The translations under genes were made by a program, and so were the position numbers. The notes beneath the pieces were generated by a model. The model was not told where the DNA came from. It saw nothing but the letters and a program-made list of their open reading frames with translations, and did not search any database. A stretch of DNA of 63,908 nt, filler included, from Olpidium bornovanus S191 (Eukaryota; Fungi; Olpidiomycota): assembly GCA_017911155.1 (NCBI GenBank). It is 25 parts of 25 records of this genome, joined end to end, with 100 filler letters (N's around TTAATTAATTAA, not from the genome) between each part and the next. Parts side by side here need not be neighbours in the genome. Positions count along the whole stretch, not along the records: positions 19,823 to 23,227 come from JAEFCI010008557.1; positions 23,328 to 26,090 come from JAEFCI010007247.1; positions 26,191 to 29,068 come from JAEFCI010006351.1; positions 29,169 to 33,932 come from JAEFCI010005907.1; 21 more parts are not named here. One strand, 5' to 3'. This document shows, one piece after another, positions 19,823-32,877 of the stretch. Positions within the stretch are counted from its first letter, which is position 1; every line of letters starts with the position of its first letter.

Positions 19823-22144
19823 CGGAAACAATGGATCTAGGTGAAGATTCACCGTCGTCTGTTCTTCAACAGACCAGCGCTTTCCCGCTTGATGAGAAAA
19901 TGGCAGAGAGTCCGATCGCATCCTGTTCATCGTTAGACCCATGCGCGCCAGTTCCAATGCCGAGCAAAGCCACGCCACCGCATGGAACGGATACCTTGCA
20001 GGTCGAAGCAGGCGACGCCGACAATAGCTGCCGAGAATCGACAAAACTTCCTCCGGATGCAAACGAAGTCGCCCAGATGTTGGGAAACGTCACTTTATTG
20101 GAAGTTACCTCAACGGCCGCGAAGACCGTCAGCACTGTGGAAGCCACGCCGGCAACCGGGTACTCCGTATGTTTTCCGAGCCTTGACGACAAGCAAATGT
20201 CGCCGCCCCGTCCGCCGCTTCAGGAAATGGAACGTTTGCCTATGGACGAGAAGGAGTTTGAGATGTCATCAGCTGCCGCCACCCCATCGCGTCACCCGCT
20301 GTCGCAGGCGGCATCCGTCGACGAGGTCGAGCGGCCCGTCACGAACCTTCCCCCGTCATCCCCGTACTGTGTGAGTGCCGCTCAACCGGCCGGCCTGCCA
20401 ACCCCGAGCGCGGTAAGCGTCAAAGGCGACGGCGAAAGACCTACATCAGCCTCGTCAATTTCCGGCGATTTGCAACCAGAACCGGCTGCCAGACCGCGCA
20501 CGGCAAACGCGCAGGGTTCTCAGCTTCCGAGGCGGACGCTGAAGGCTCCTAGCCAGTTCGCCACCGGGCCAAAACTGTCCTTCACGGGGAGCCCGCCGGC
20601 CCGAACCCGCCCATTGATACGGCGAGCATCGACTGATGCTGCCGCGGTCACAACTCGAACGCCGTTCGTGAGATCGGCTCTCTCCCGACTTCCGCCGTCG
20701 GCGCAGCCGCGACGGCTAACGGCCCGTTCCCACAACACCCCTGCGCATAAGCATCTCCGGCCTCCGGACGCTAGAAAGGCCAAGAGCACATTCCGGCCCC
20801 GCGGCCGAGACGAACCGAAGGCGACGGGCGGGGGCGGACGTATAGGCGTTTCCGCAGCGTCCGCGTCCGCCGACCGCGCGCAACGGCCGTCGAATGTCAC
20901 GGGACCTAAGGACATCGAGAAAGGAATCTCAAAAGACGGAGTTTTTGAAGCGCCGGAGCGCCAGAACCTTGGCGGCACTTCACAGTGGAGGCGTGCGCCG
21001 GCCGCCGGTCCTGAGCATCGGACCCGAGATGGCGATAAAGATGCTGTCAGAATCGGCGCGGCGGGCGACGAGAGCGGCAAACCCAGCACGCCCGAAATCG
21101 AAGTCCACGTCGTAGACGGTCTTGCGGTCAAGGAAAAGACGTCGGATGTTCCTAGCGCTTGCCCTAGCGGCGGTAACGGCGACCAGGCCGCTCCAATAAA
21201 GGCCGTGCTCACCACACGCAGCGAAACACCTACGGTTCGGCCGCCAAGCGTCGTCCACAGGAATCCAATACAGCAGTCGCACACTGTCATTGGGCTATCA
21301 TCTAAACCGCGGGACGAGAGGACATCCGGAGGCAAAGGCTCGATCGGAGTAGGCGGATCCATACCGCGCTCACAATCCGGTATTGCAGGCCAAACTGGCG
21401 AAGTGAAAGGTAAACGTCGAATTATTCCCATCTCTCCTCCCTGACCTCCCCCCACCCCCCCCTTTTACCCTCCTTGGTTTTTTGTTGCTTTAGCCATCGG
21501 CAGCAGGGAGGTGTATTAAAATTTTCCTTTCTACCTTTTGGCCAGAGTCATCGAAACGTTCAGTAACGAGCTCTCGGTCCGCCAGGAAGGTCGCGGCCAC
21601 ACCGGCAATGCAAAGGTCTACGTCGACGGCTGTCCGCAGCAGCGGCGTGCCGCAGACGTGCCCGCCGAAAGCGGCCTTTGGCAGGGCCCCGAGCGCTTAC
21701 TTGGAAATCAGCGGCGGCGGCGGCTGCCGCATGCGTGCGCACCACGGCGCGGCGGGCCGGCCTGCCCCAAAGAATCAGGTCCGGGGTGGCGAGGCCGCTC
21801 CCGCCCCCGGTAACAATCCCTCGTGCGCCCGCGCGGCGGCTCCGCCTCCGGGCAGGCCCCCGCACCCTCTGGCCGCGCCACGGGGTCTTGCCGCGCGAGA
21901 AGGCCCGTCCGCTCCCCTGGCCGGCGGCGCAAGCCGGAACCCGGCCGCGGCGGCATCGGCGGCGACCAAGGGCGCGGCGACCAAGGGCGCGGCGACGACG
22001 CCGGGAACTGCCAGGCTCGCGACGCCTAAGTGCGGACAGGGAAAGCGGGGCGGCGCGGGCGCTTTGCCGTCTGCGTTTCGGGCCGTACCCGGCGGCGGCG
22101 CGAAGAAATTTCCGGCTCCGGAAAGCGCCAATCTGTCGCTTTAG
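19823..22144 (+). CDS. Hypothetical Ser/Pro/Ala/Arg-rich low-complexity protein, 3' part (two exons)
   Basis: 537-codon open frame 19831..21444 with a donor at about 21410 (AAG|GTAAAC) and an acceptor at about 21545 that continues in frame into ORF 21608..22144; no domain recognised. Confidence 0.6.
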
Positions 22145-22287
22145 CTCGCCCCGGGGAAGTCGGCGGGGACGGGGTGTGGGGCGCGCTGGATAAAGTGTCG
22201 GGTTTCAAAGTTTTTTGTCCCCGTCCCCCGGCCGCGCGGTTGAGAATTGCCCGAGCTTTTTTTTGAGATGAAAACGACGCCGCTGAG

Positions 22288-22327
<40 letters not shown>

Positions 22328-24983
22328 GGAACGGGGTCTGCGCGCGCGCGGACTCTTGACCGTCGGCGAGCCCTTGGCCTTCTGTTTTCGAGACCAAAAA
22401 TTTGTTTCCGAAGAGACAAACACAAAATGTTTTTTTATTTTTATTTTTTACACGCGGATTCGACGTCTACGAAGGCACGCCCTGTCGCTAAGATCTTTTC
22501 TGGCCCCTTTCCCCCCTCCCCGCGGTCATCTTAAGACTCCCCCGAATTTTTTTTTGCGTTTGTTTATTCTGCTGTTCGCGGATAAATCGCCGTTTTTTTT
22601 TTTTTTTTTTTTTTTTTGCGTCTGGCCTCGCCCCGGGAAACCCCGTGGGACGTAAATCCCCACTTTTCCCCGCCCCCCAACCTCCCGGCCCCAAACCAAA
22701 CCCGGGCGAAAATCCCCGGAGCCCCGGCCGAGGAGAGGGTCTTCCGCGCGCGTCTCCACCTTCCTAGCGGGGCCGACATTTGCGAGTGTGGTGTCCGCGA
22801 CCGTAAACTGGCGCGTTCAGAACTGTATGCACGCTGTCCCCACCGCCACCCCGGCCCCACTCACTCAACCGCCAAAACACAAGCTCCGGCGCGCGACGTA
22901 AAACGGCGTTTCTCCGCAAGAGCCCACAGTCGTTCGAGGACGAGATTCGAAATGGGAAACATCAAGCGGAAAATTTCGGCGGGACGATCGTCTTTTGACC
23001 CCGCCTCTGTGTATCATACATTCAGAGGCCAAAAAAATCTAAGAAAGCTGGCACGATAGGGGTTGTAGATGACCCGGTTTCGCTTCTCCCGCCTCACGAA
23101 TCAAAGGCCGGGAGGCGGCCGGGGGGGGGGGGGGGGGGGGGAGGGGGGGGGGGTTTTGTTGACTTCGGGTTGAAAAAGGAGCCACGGGGCTCTTCTATTC
23201 CTTGATTCTACCCGGTTTTATAGAGAGNNNNNNNNNNNNNNNNNNNNNNNNNNNNNNNNNNNNNNNNNNNNTTAATTAATTAANNNNNNNNNNNNNNNNN
23301 NNNNNNNNNNNNNNNNNNNNNNNNNNNGCGCCCGCGGCCACCACCAAAAATTACTCGGTCCATTCAACCCCGAAGGGGTGATGGTCCCGGGGCCCATCAG
23401 CCGGCAGTGCGAATGGAAACGGGGCCCGTGAATCGCGCCGCCTGCATGATCACGACACGTCCCCGAAAGGTAAGTATGAGGAAACACCCTTTCGCCGGCG
23501 CGGCGCCCGCCTTTTATACCCGCGCCCGACCGCCCCCCCCCCCCACGTCCACCAACCTCCCCTCTTCCCGTCCCGCTGCCCGTCCGCCCCGGGCGGGTCT
23601 CGAGAGAGCGCCGCCGGCTGCGGGAGCAAGTTTTCCGGGGGGGTTCCGACGGGAAGGGGAAGAGGGGCCGAGGGGAGGAGGAGGGGGACGGGGAAGGGGG
23701 GTGGGAAAAGCTGCGAGAGGGAGGGGATTGGCCGAGTGTGGTCTCCCTTTCCCACCACCGCTTTCCCTCCGCCCCTCCCAACTAACCCCCCCCCCCCCCC
23801 CCCTTCCCCCCCCCCCCGCCCCCTGCTTTTCTTCGGGTGACTTACAACTTGTTGTCGGTGATGACGTCAGGTACACAACCAAGAGTGCGCATTTCCCCCC
23901 TTCCCCCCCCCCACCTTCCCTTGCGCCAAACAAAACAAAAAAAGCATTTCGATGCGCCTGCTCCGGAAGGCTGGCGGGGGGGGGGGAAGAGGAGTGAACG
24001 CCGGGGTATAAAAGGGACGCCGCCGCCGCGTTGCCCCCGCCGTTTCTCCCCAACACTCTTCCCGGCAGTGTTTCAAAACGCTTCTAGCTTTCGCCTTTTA
24101 CTAAAGCTAGCCGTGGAACACTGCCACACCAAACGGAAGTTTGCAATTTTTGGAACCTGTGATCTCCTTTTCTTATCTAGGTAGAGGCGCGCATCGCATT
24201 TCTCACGAAACGGTTGTGCTAGTCGGGCATTCGCCTATTTCCATCTGTGTCGTCGTTTTTTTTTTTTGTTCTTTCACTACTTCTCGCCGCGGTTGTTTTT
24301 CGGCTCACATCACCCTTTCCTACGCTGACAGTATAATGCGCGTTGCGTTCTCCTGATTATCCCCGGCGCATGTAGCTTATCACAATTTTGGGGCGTTCGG
24401 TTATGTAGTCGGCACATTTTGTCCCGGTCTTTCAGTTTATTTTGTTTTTGAAGCTGACAGTAAAACCTTGGGCTCATCTTCAGACAAGAAAGATTGCAAT
24501 AAAAATGTAGAGCTTTTTTTCGTGGAAGATTAAGGAAATTTTCTACCTGCTGGCTTCGCACGGCTATCACGACTTGGCGCCCACCCATGCGCACCCATGG
24601 CTACGCCCGGCTCTGGCCTCTGCCGACGTCGGTCTATCGGGTGCTGTTACCTCTCTTAGGCCGTTCAGCAAGCATGACGAGGAAATCTACGACCCTAACC
24701 GGGATGTAAATTACATGATCACGATTATCCCCATCTTTTCTTGCCCGCTCACCCGGCTGCCCACCACAGATGCCCACGACATTGGAGCCCCTCTTAGTTG
24801 GCATCCAGGGTCCACGCCGTCTTTGTCAGTCGCTTCGCTTCATTCGGCGATGCATTGCTCCAATTAGCCTCTTCCGCTTAGCCTTCATCGCTCTCGTCGC
24901 GTCCACCTTAAAAAATCACTCCGATTGTATTTTTTACCAATTTTACCATTGCCCAACCATATCGTCTCGTCAAAGACCCAAAA

Positions 24984-25867
24984 GTGTCGGATTTGTCCAG
25001 GGAGCATCCCGCCCTTGCAGAAATTGTGGAACTCTGCTTTCCCGAAAAGGAGAGGGGGGGCGACGGCGACGGTTGTATCACATACCCCGCCATCACCGAT
25101 GATGATTTCCGCAACTGCGGCCAAACGAAAGCCAATCAAGCTGGCCGGCCAGTCATCAACTGCCAGTCACTTGCGGATTTCTATATCGACTCCTCCGACC
25201 AGCCGTTTGAACCAGAGTTGGAAGACATTCTGCATCCTCAACTCCCGCGGAAATCGACAGGATCAGATTGGAGAAGCGCAGGCGAGCCCCCTTTGAGAAA
25301 GTTCAATCGAAGGACAAGCGCGAGGTATAGCTTTCAAGCTAGGAACATCCTGATTCTCCTTTAAAGACTACAGCTGTTCGCGAAGTACAGAGACTGCTTC
25401 AAGATCGCCGGCGAGCAAACGAAGTACGTAGAAGAGAAGGCGCAGATCAGGAAGGTTAACAAGAACTGGAAACTTGCATCAACCTGCTCCACAAGGCTTT
25501 GGGAAGAAAGCCACTTTCGGAAGCTTTATCTCGCCGGCTTGAGGGCTCCGATAATGCTGGTGTGGAAGGAGCGCTGGCGGCACTGTTTTCTTGCAACATG
25601 GACGCTGCGGCTGTAAGCCTGCTGTTGGACCCAGCAAAGAGGCATCTTGTACGGGCTGGCGTGTGGAGTAGCGAAGAAGACAAAGCGTTGCTCTCTGACG
25701 ATGCAGAAGCCATTCGCATCTTGTCGGTATTGGGGGGGTGCCGATACCGTGAGAAAGCGAAGTCGGCTCTTTGCCGTCTTCTCTGCCGGAGAGAACGCAA
25801 GCTCACTCCTTTGCCGTCGCGAGAGGCGACGTCATTAACCTTCTGGTCGATCCTCCAGGCTCCTTGA
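24984..25867 (+). CDS. Rap1/TERF2IP-like protein (Rap1 C-terminal domain; possible BRCT-like N-terminal part); exon structure uncertain
   Basis: ALAALFSCNMDAAAVSLLLDPAKRHLVRAGVWSSEEDKALLSDDAEAIRIL resembles the Rap1_C pattern (AL..TSgD...GxWTxEDDxxLxSxDxxxIxxL). Upstream segment ending ...FYIDSS...ELEDIL is only loosely BRCT-like. Confidence 0.5.
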
Positions 25868-26190
25868 ATGTAACAACGGCTGCCAATGCATTCTTCCGTT
25901 TCGATCGTTCCCCGCGCCTGGCTTTGGGATTTGGGCTGCCGAAAGCCCGGCAAGCGTACCGCGGACGCACATGAAACATCGTCCACTCTTGCAGTTGGAA
26001 CGAGAACTTCCGGCTCCACGTCTTTTTCCCCAGTTTGCGGCGTTCCACCGGTAAGATCGACTTTAACACATACTTGACCGATGCCCAACANNNNNNNNNN
26101 NNNNNNNNNNNNNNNNNNNNNNNNNNNNNNNNNNTTAATTAATTAANNNNNNNNNNNNNNNNNNNNNNNNNNNNNNNNNNNNNNNNNNNN

Positions 26191-26394
26191 CATGATCCAG
26201 ATGATCACGTCGGCCATACAAAACGCGTGAGTCGGGTCGCCCTTACCCCCTGGGGCCCCTTTGAAAAACCGCAAAAAAAAAGAAGAAAGAAACAAATCGG
26301 CGGGATGGTCTTTTTTTTTTTTTTCGCTTCCCGCGTCGCGTCGAACCGACTGCTTTTTGCGAAAATCTGTCCCGTTCGTCCGGCTAACGCAAAC

Positions 26395-26444
<50 letters not shown>

Positions 26445-27037
26445 CCCCCCCCCCCCCCCCCCCCCGCGCCCCCCCCCCCAACCGGCCCCCGCCCGTCGCG
26501 TTTCGCAGGCCTCCGCCCCCGGTCGTGCTCTTCGCGCTAGACAAGGTCGCGGGCAAGCACCGCGTCAACTCGAGGGCCGAGGAGGACATGATCAGCCTGT
26601 TCCGCCGGCCGGACGCCGCGCCCGCGCCTGTCGACAGGAAGGCGCGGCGGGGGTCGTTCGCCCCCATCCGCGCGCGGGCCGAGCGGCCCGAGCGGCCCAA
26701 AAGCCTGGGAGACGTCACGGCGCTGCTCCGGGAGCTCGCGAAGCCGATCGGCGCGCCGGGCACCACCAAGCTCATGGGCAAGCGCAACTGGATGGTCGTC
26801 GACCAGAGCGACGGGGACCACTCCCTCGCGTTCAAGCTGCGCGTCGAGTCGAGCTCCGGGTCCGGGACCGCCGGCGGCGTGTACGGCGTCGTCGCCCCCG
26901 CGCTGGAGGTGCTGGAGGACGACAGCGACGAAGAAGAAGAAGACGAAGATGAAGAAGACGAAGAAGAAGAAGAAGAAGAAGAAGAAGAGAGCGAAGAAGA
27001 GGAAGACGAGGTCTTCGTCATGCACCGATACACGTGA
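26191..27037 (+). CDS. Hypothetical protein, last two exons, with long acidic C-terminal tail
   Basis: Exon MIQMITSAIQNA ends at donor GTGAGT (26227) and joins in phase to the exon after acceptor ttcgcag (26508): PPPPVVLFALDKVAGKHRVNS...LEDDSDEEEEDEDEEDEEEEEEEEEESEEEEDEVFVMHRYT*; GC3-biased. Confidence 0.75.
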
Positions 27038-28931
27038 ACAGGGCGCGCGAAAGCGAAAAAGTTCCCGGCATATTTATTGAATTAACCCGACGCGCGGACG
27101 CTTGCGTGCCAACCCTTGCCCCAGAACAAATATATATATATATATATTTATAAACATAAACGCGGGCGAATTGCCGCGCACCCCCGACGCCCGAACCGGC
27201 GAGGGCAATTCGCATCCGCAGCGACTTTGCGCCGCACCCTGCCAAGCAAGGAAGCCGTCGTCGACTTCGGTCGTGCCGGCCCGACTTTCTGCCGCCACGT
27301 CGTGGTGACGGGCGCAGCCTGACTGCGTTTCCGAAGTCGACGAGGATTACCTGTTTCCAGGTATCAGCCGGCCGCGGCGACGCGTGTTTCAGGCCGCCGG
27401 CGGGGCGTGCCGCGAGCGTGGTGCGGGCCTCCGGAAAAACCTGTCGACGGCTCCACCCCCCGCCCCCCCCCCCCCCCCCCCCCCCCCCAGACAAACGCAA
27501 AAGTCGGAAACGAGTTTTTTGAGAAGGCCCCGCTTCCCCGGCACAGAAGCAGGGATGGAGGCAACGTCGGGGCACGGTTTTCACGAACAAAGGAGTTTCC
27601 TTCAGCCGGAAAAAAATATACTTTTTCCTGTTAACTCAAAATACACGCGCTGCTGACAGGAAAAAAAAGCGCTTTCTCTCGTCTCTCAGGCACGCCGGAG
27701 ACTTGGTATTTGTTGCGGGCGGCTAAACAAAGCCCCCGCCTTCCTGGCCGCTGTGTTGCAGACATGCTCGGGCGGCGCAGAGGCGGCTCGGATGAGGAGG
27801 GGACGGCAGCGTTCGTTTGCAGGCCGCTGACCATATGTCTTCGGCCACCAGCTCGCGGCGCCGAGCTGGTTTGACGGGCGCTTCTGGTTTTTTTGACGTC
27901 TCCGGACTAATAATTCCCAAGCCGGGGCACCTCCGGAAGGTGTCGGCCCCCCCAGCCTTCGCTGCCACCCGCCGACGCCCGGCCTCGCTGCTCGGCGATC
28001 GCTTCCCCGCAGGTCTGCAAATTCTCGGGCCGCAGCTGCCCACCACTTCGGTCAACGCGCAGCGCGATATCCGGCGCGAGCCCGTCCGGGATTTGAAGGC
28101 GATGCGCCGCGCGGAATCCAGGATCGGTTGCGGGGTTTCCGGCCTGGTTGGTTTCTCGCCGACGTCCGCGGACGCGTCGGAGTGTTTGGCCCCCTTCCCC
28201 CTCCCTTCCCCTCTCGCGACGCAGGCATCACAAGGGCGCACACACCCAGCCCGTTTCGACCGCACGGCTGCGGAAACACACGTTCCACACGCTACCGATT
28301 CGACCCGTACATTTTGCATAAGCTCTGGTATCGGATTTGGTGCGGCTGCGAGGAGGCGCGGAGCTCAAAGGACGAGCCCCCACGAGCGTTCCGAGACGCT
28401 TCCGGCCGCAGCGGCCGGGACGCCGGACGAACAGCGCGCCGGGCGCGCCGCGGCGGCTCGAGAGACAAGGGCCGAGCAGGGCACCGGGATGCGTCCGCGG
28501 AGGGGCCCCACCTGGGGGCGGGTGTGGGGCGCCTCTCTTTCCGCCGCGTCGCGGCTTCCCGCGTCTCTTTACGCCGGACACGTCCGCCCACCGCAAGCCG
28601 CGAGACCAGCGGATGATTATCGACCGGTTGGATCGCGCGCGGGGGGGGGGGGTCGACCAGAGTTCCGGCGCGAGGACGAAAGGGCGAAAGTAGGGGACCA
28701 GCTCGAATTACTAGGGGGTGTCTCAAACTTCAACAGTGGAATTTTGTCGAAATCGAAACCGGACCTTTGGCAACGGGTTACGAGGCCAACGGGTAGAATG
28801 GCAACGATCAGCCGAGCCCTGCGTAGCCCAGGAGCGCTCCAGGAGAGCAAGCTTCTCCCCCCGCGCTCGCCGCGTTTCCCGCTGCTACAGCTCTTTCCTT
28901 CGTCTGAGTTGTTGTACACGCTTCACCGCGT

Positions 28932-29012
28932 CCGTTCTCTCTGTCCTTTGATAAGCACCCGTTCTCTCTGTCTTTCGATGAGCCCACGCTCCCTCTGTCC
29001 TTCGATAGAACA
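28932..29012 (+). repeat. 27-bp tandem repeat, 3 copies
   Basis: ccgttctctctgtcctttgataagcac / ccgttctctctgtctttcgatgagccc / acgctccctctgtccttcgatagaaca. Confidence 0.85.
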
Positions 29013-29168
29013 GTGCGTCGGCCCAACCAAGGATCGCCGTGTGAACCATTTGGTACCGGATGACCATGNNNNNNNNNNNNNNNNNNNNNNNNNNNNNNNN
29101 NNNNNNNNNNNNTTAATTAATTAANNNNNNNNNNNNNNNNNNNNNNNNNNNNNNNNNNNNNNNNNNNN

Positions 29169-32100
29169 CATGAACCAAGCAGGTACAGAGAAACATTTCG
29201 CACGTCCCAAAGCCGAATGGAACCGCTGCTATCGACGCGTGTGCTAACAGACCGGGAATAACCAGAAATTTTTCTCTTCCGTCGACCTGCGCCACAGGCA
29301 AGCACGGGGGCGGGGAACCAGGCGGGAAACGGGATCAGACCCCGGAAGAGCAGATTAAAGCGCTGGAACGCAAAGTGAATGCCCTTATTGAAGACTCCGC
29401 GTTTGCGGCTGAGGCCGGGGAACAGCAGTCTGCCCTGGAGAAGGCGAAGGAGGCCGGGAAAAAGGAGCGACAGCTGACCAAGCAGCGCGAGCAAGCGTCT
29501 CTTGGCGACCAAATCAACCTAGATCTCACCTACTGCGTTCTGTTCAACCTTGCGAACCAGTATCACGCCAGCAGGATGTACCAGGAAGCTCTCAACACCT
29601 ACTCAGCCATTGTGAAGAATAAGCTGTTTAATCAAAGCGGCCGCTTGAGGGTGAACATGGGTAACATCTACTTTGAGCAAGGCAAATATTCGCAGGCCAT
29701 CAAGATGTATCGGATGGCGCTGGACCAAATACCAAACACCAACGGCGATGTCCGGTGGGCCTACCTTGTATAAGCATTGCGCTGCACGGCAGTAACGTGA
29801 CGAATGCTCATGCCACAATGTTATAAATTCCAGCCTACGAATCATGCGGAACATTGGCTCGGCTTTTGTGAAAATGGGCCAGTTCCAAGATGCGATCACG
29901 TCGTACGAGGCAATAATGGAGGCATCCCCAGACATCCATACAGGGTTCAACCTCGTCGTGTGCTACTTCGCGCTGGGCGATAAGGAGCGAATGAAGAAGG
30001 GGTTTTCGAAATTGGTGGCGACGAAACTCTTCCCGATTGAGACGAACGAGTGGGAGGATCCGTCAGTGTCTTCTCGCAAAAGCGGCGGAAAGTGGGGGGC
30101 GGAAGGCTCCGATTTCGGCATCAGGGGTTCAGCCCTCGGCGGATCCACTGCCCCGGGAAGCGCCAGCGGATGGGCCAGAGCGTTCTCCGTAATGGACGAT
30201 GACAATGTCGACGACCTCGAAGTTTTCCATGAGGATAGCCTCCGGGCGCTTGCACGTCATCAGTAAGCGTATTTTGCTATAAATCTACTGCTTTTTTGCT
30301 CAGCGGCTGAGTGCAACGTTTGCTCGATTTCATGTTGTAAAAATACCAAATCTCAGCCGCAAAGTTGCCGAGCGCTACATCGTCCTCGCCGCAAAACTGA
30401 TCGCGCCGGCGATAGAGTCTTCGTTTGCTCCCGGGTATGACTGGGTCGTTGACGCTATTAAAGCCTCGCCGGCTAGCGAAATTGCGAGCGAATTGGAAAT
30501 TGCGAAGGCAATTCAGTATCTCAAGACGAAGCAGTTTGCGGAAGTACGCTTATTCATCGTCGAAGAGTTGGATCGGGAGTCGCATGTCGGGAAGAAGGAG
30601 GGGGCGGCAACCACCTCGTCCTTTGGCCCACGTGTTTGTTTTTTGCAGTAATTGCAGGTCGGGCCGTGATTGATTGGTGCCGCACCAAATATTCCTTTGG
30701 ATGTTCACGAAAATACAGGCGATCGAGACTTTGAAGTCTTTCGAAAAGAAGGACCAGAAACTGATCGGCACCGCCGCGACAAACTTGTCCTTTCTTTACT
30801 TCCTTGAGGGAGAGAACAAGCAGGCGGAGAAGTACGCGGACATTGCGATACAGGTCGACCGGTACAATGCCAAGGCCCTCACTAATCGGGGAAATCTTCA
30901 CTATGTTAAGAGTGAGACCTTGATTGGATGATCACATCTCCTCAAATCGGGAAGTTTCTGCGTGATTCGGGGATTCTCAGCCGGCCCCGGCGACTTCCTA
31001 CAGACAATCTCCACAAGGCGCGGGAGCACTACCTGGAAGCTATCTCGGTTGACGCTTCCTGCACGGAAGCAATGTACAATCTTGGCCTCGTCTACAAGTC
31101 CGAAGAAGCGTACGACGATGCGCTCGCGTGTTTTGAGAAGTTGCACGCGATTCTGCGAAACCACGCCGAAGTTATATATCAGTTGGCTGACATGTGGGTT
31201 CCAACCTGGCAATTCCTTGCGCGTTCCTTCGCCGTGTGCGAAAAAGATTTTCAATTCGCTCGTAGTGATTTGCTTCAGGTCTACCTGTGTTAAAGTTTTC
31301 CGGCGTTGTTTAATTTTTAAAATGACCCGTTTTCTTGTTTTCCCTTTGCGTCCAGATGCGACAAAATGGACAACTTCCCGCAGGCGATGGAGTGGTTTAA
31401 CATCCTCATATCCGTCGTTCCGACAGACCCCGGAGTACTCGCGCGGATGGGAGAGATGTTCTTGAGAGATGGGGAAAAGAGCCAAGCGTTCCAGTACTAT
31501 TCAGAAGTACGGGCCGGACCCAGACTTAATCGTTCGTTCGCGCTGCGCGAGGCGGCTTATTCTGAATATTCTTGTCCTCCTATTTTTACTTTTGGCTTTC
31601 TCTTTTTACCGCCGTCCTCCGCATTTCGTGGAAATTCGATACGCAGTCATACCGTTACTTCCCCTCAAATATGGACGTGATTGCGTGGCTCGGAGCGTAC
31701 TACGTTGACTGCGCCGTGTACGAGCAAGCCATCCAGTTCTTCGAACGGGCAGCTATGATCCAGCCCAAGGAGGTGCGATGGCCGCTGATGGTGGCGAGCT
31801 GTCATCGGCGAAGCGGAAACTACCAGACCGCGTACGAGGTGTACAAGCGGACACACGGGAGTTTCCCAAACGATGTGGAATGTAAGATCATAAAATGGCA
31901 TTATCGCGCACGTGCTCGGGTAGCAAGGGAAGAAAAGGACGGTTCTCTGTCCTTTGAACCTCCTGTGTTTGAAACGCTTAACAGGGCGTAGCTACTTGCC
32001 GTTCTCACGTTGCTTTTTTTTCTTCTTTTTCTCACCCCCTACCCCACCCCCCACCTTTTTTTAAAAAAATTGTCCAAAAAGGTTTGCGCTTCCTGGTACG

Positions 32101-32877
32101 CATCTGCACTGACCTCGGCGTGAAAGACGTCGAGGAGTACCAGGCACGGCTGAGAAAAGCCGAGAACGCCGTTCTCGAGACCGGGGCGGCGGCGGCGCCG
32201 TCGCAGAGCGAAAGCGGTGCCGCCGGCGACGCCGTAGGAGCGTCGCTCGCCGCTGCGCCGTCCTCGTCTTCGCTGCGGTCCGCGAATCGCCTCCAAGACC
32301 AGGTTCACCAAGGCAGCGCAGGAAGCGGCGCTTCCGGGCGGGTCAGGAAGGCGGTGAAGTTCGACCTTGGTGAAGGTTGGAGAAAGAAAAAAAGCGGGGG
32401 GGAGGGGGGGGTGTGGGGGAAGGGAACGGGTCCGGGTTCGCCTCGTTTCGTTTTTAATGAATTTGGGTGTCCGCACCTCGAAAAAGCCTGGCGATTCGCA
32501 GGTTTCTTTTTTTCCTGCGGGATTTTTATGAATCCCACGTTTCGCAGCCTGCGTGTTGACCTGATCGCGAAAGCTCCCCCTCTCCCGCCCCCCCTTCACC
32601 CCCCTGGCAGCACAAGTGAAAATTGCAACAGCTCCTACGCCCGCCGCTTCCGCGAAGTCGCCGGTATGTCGTAAATGAAAAAATGCGGAGCCCCCCCACC
32701 ATCCCCCAAGCGCCGTTTTCTATACCTTAACTCGCAAAATTTGCTGACAATTAATTCTTTGATCCCGTTTTTGTTGATTTCTTCGGCCTCCCCTCCGCGC
32801 GCGCGCAAAATCATACGGCCGACCAGAGGGATGAGGAGGACTGGCAAGACGACGTTGACAACTTACTCCCCGATTAG
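29169..32877 (+). CDS. IFT88: Intraflagellar transport protein 88 (IFT-B TPR protein), 5'-truncated, multi-exon
   Basis: EKAKEAGKKERQL...INLDLTYCVLFNLANQY...RLRVNMGNIYF...AIKMYRMALDQIP; MRNIG..FVKMGQFQDAI..YE; VPTDPGVLARMGE; YRYFPSNMDVIAWLGAYY; FFERAAMIQPKEVRWPLMVASCHRRSGNYQ; C-terminus DDVDNLLPD*. Confidence 0.97.

Noticed and set aside
27817-29124. 435-aa ORF as a real gene
   Set aside because: Low-complexity, GC-rich, runs into a spacer, no domain and no clear codon bias; could not be supported.
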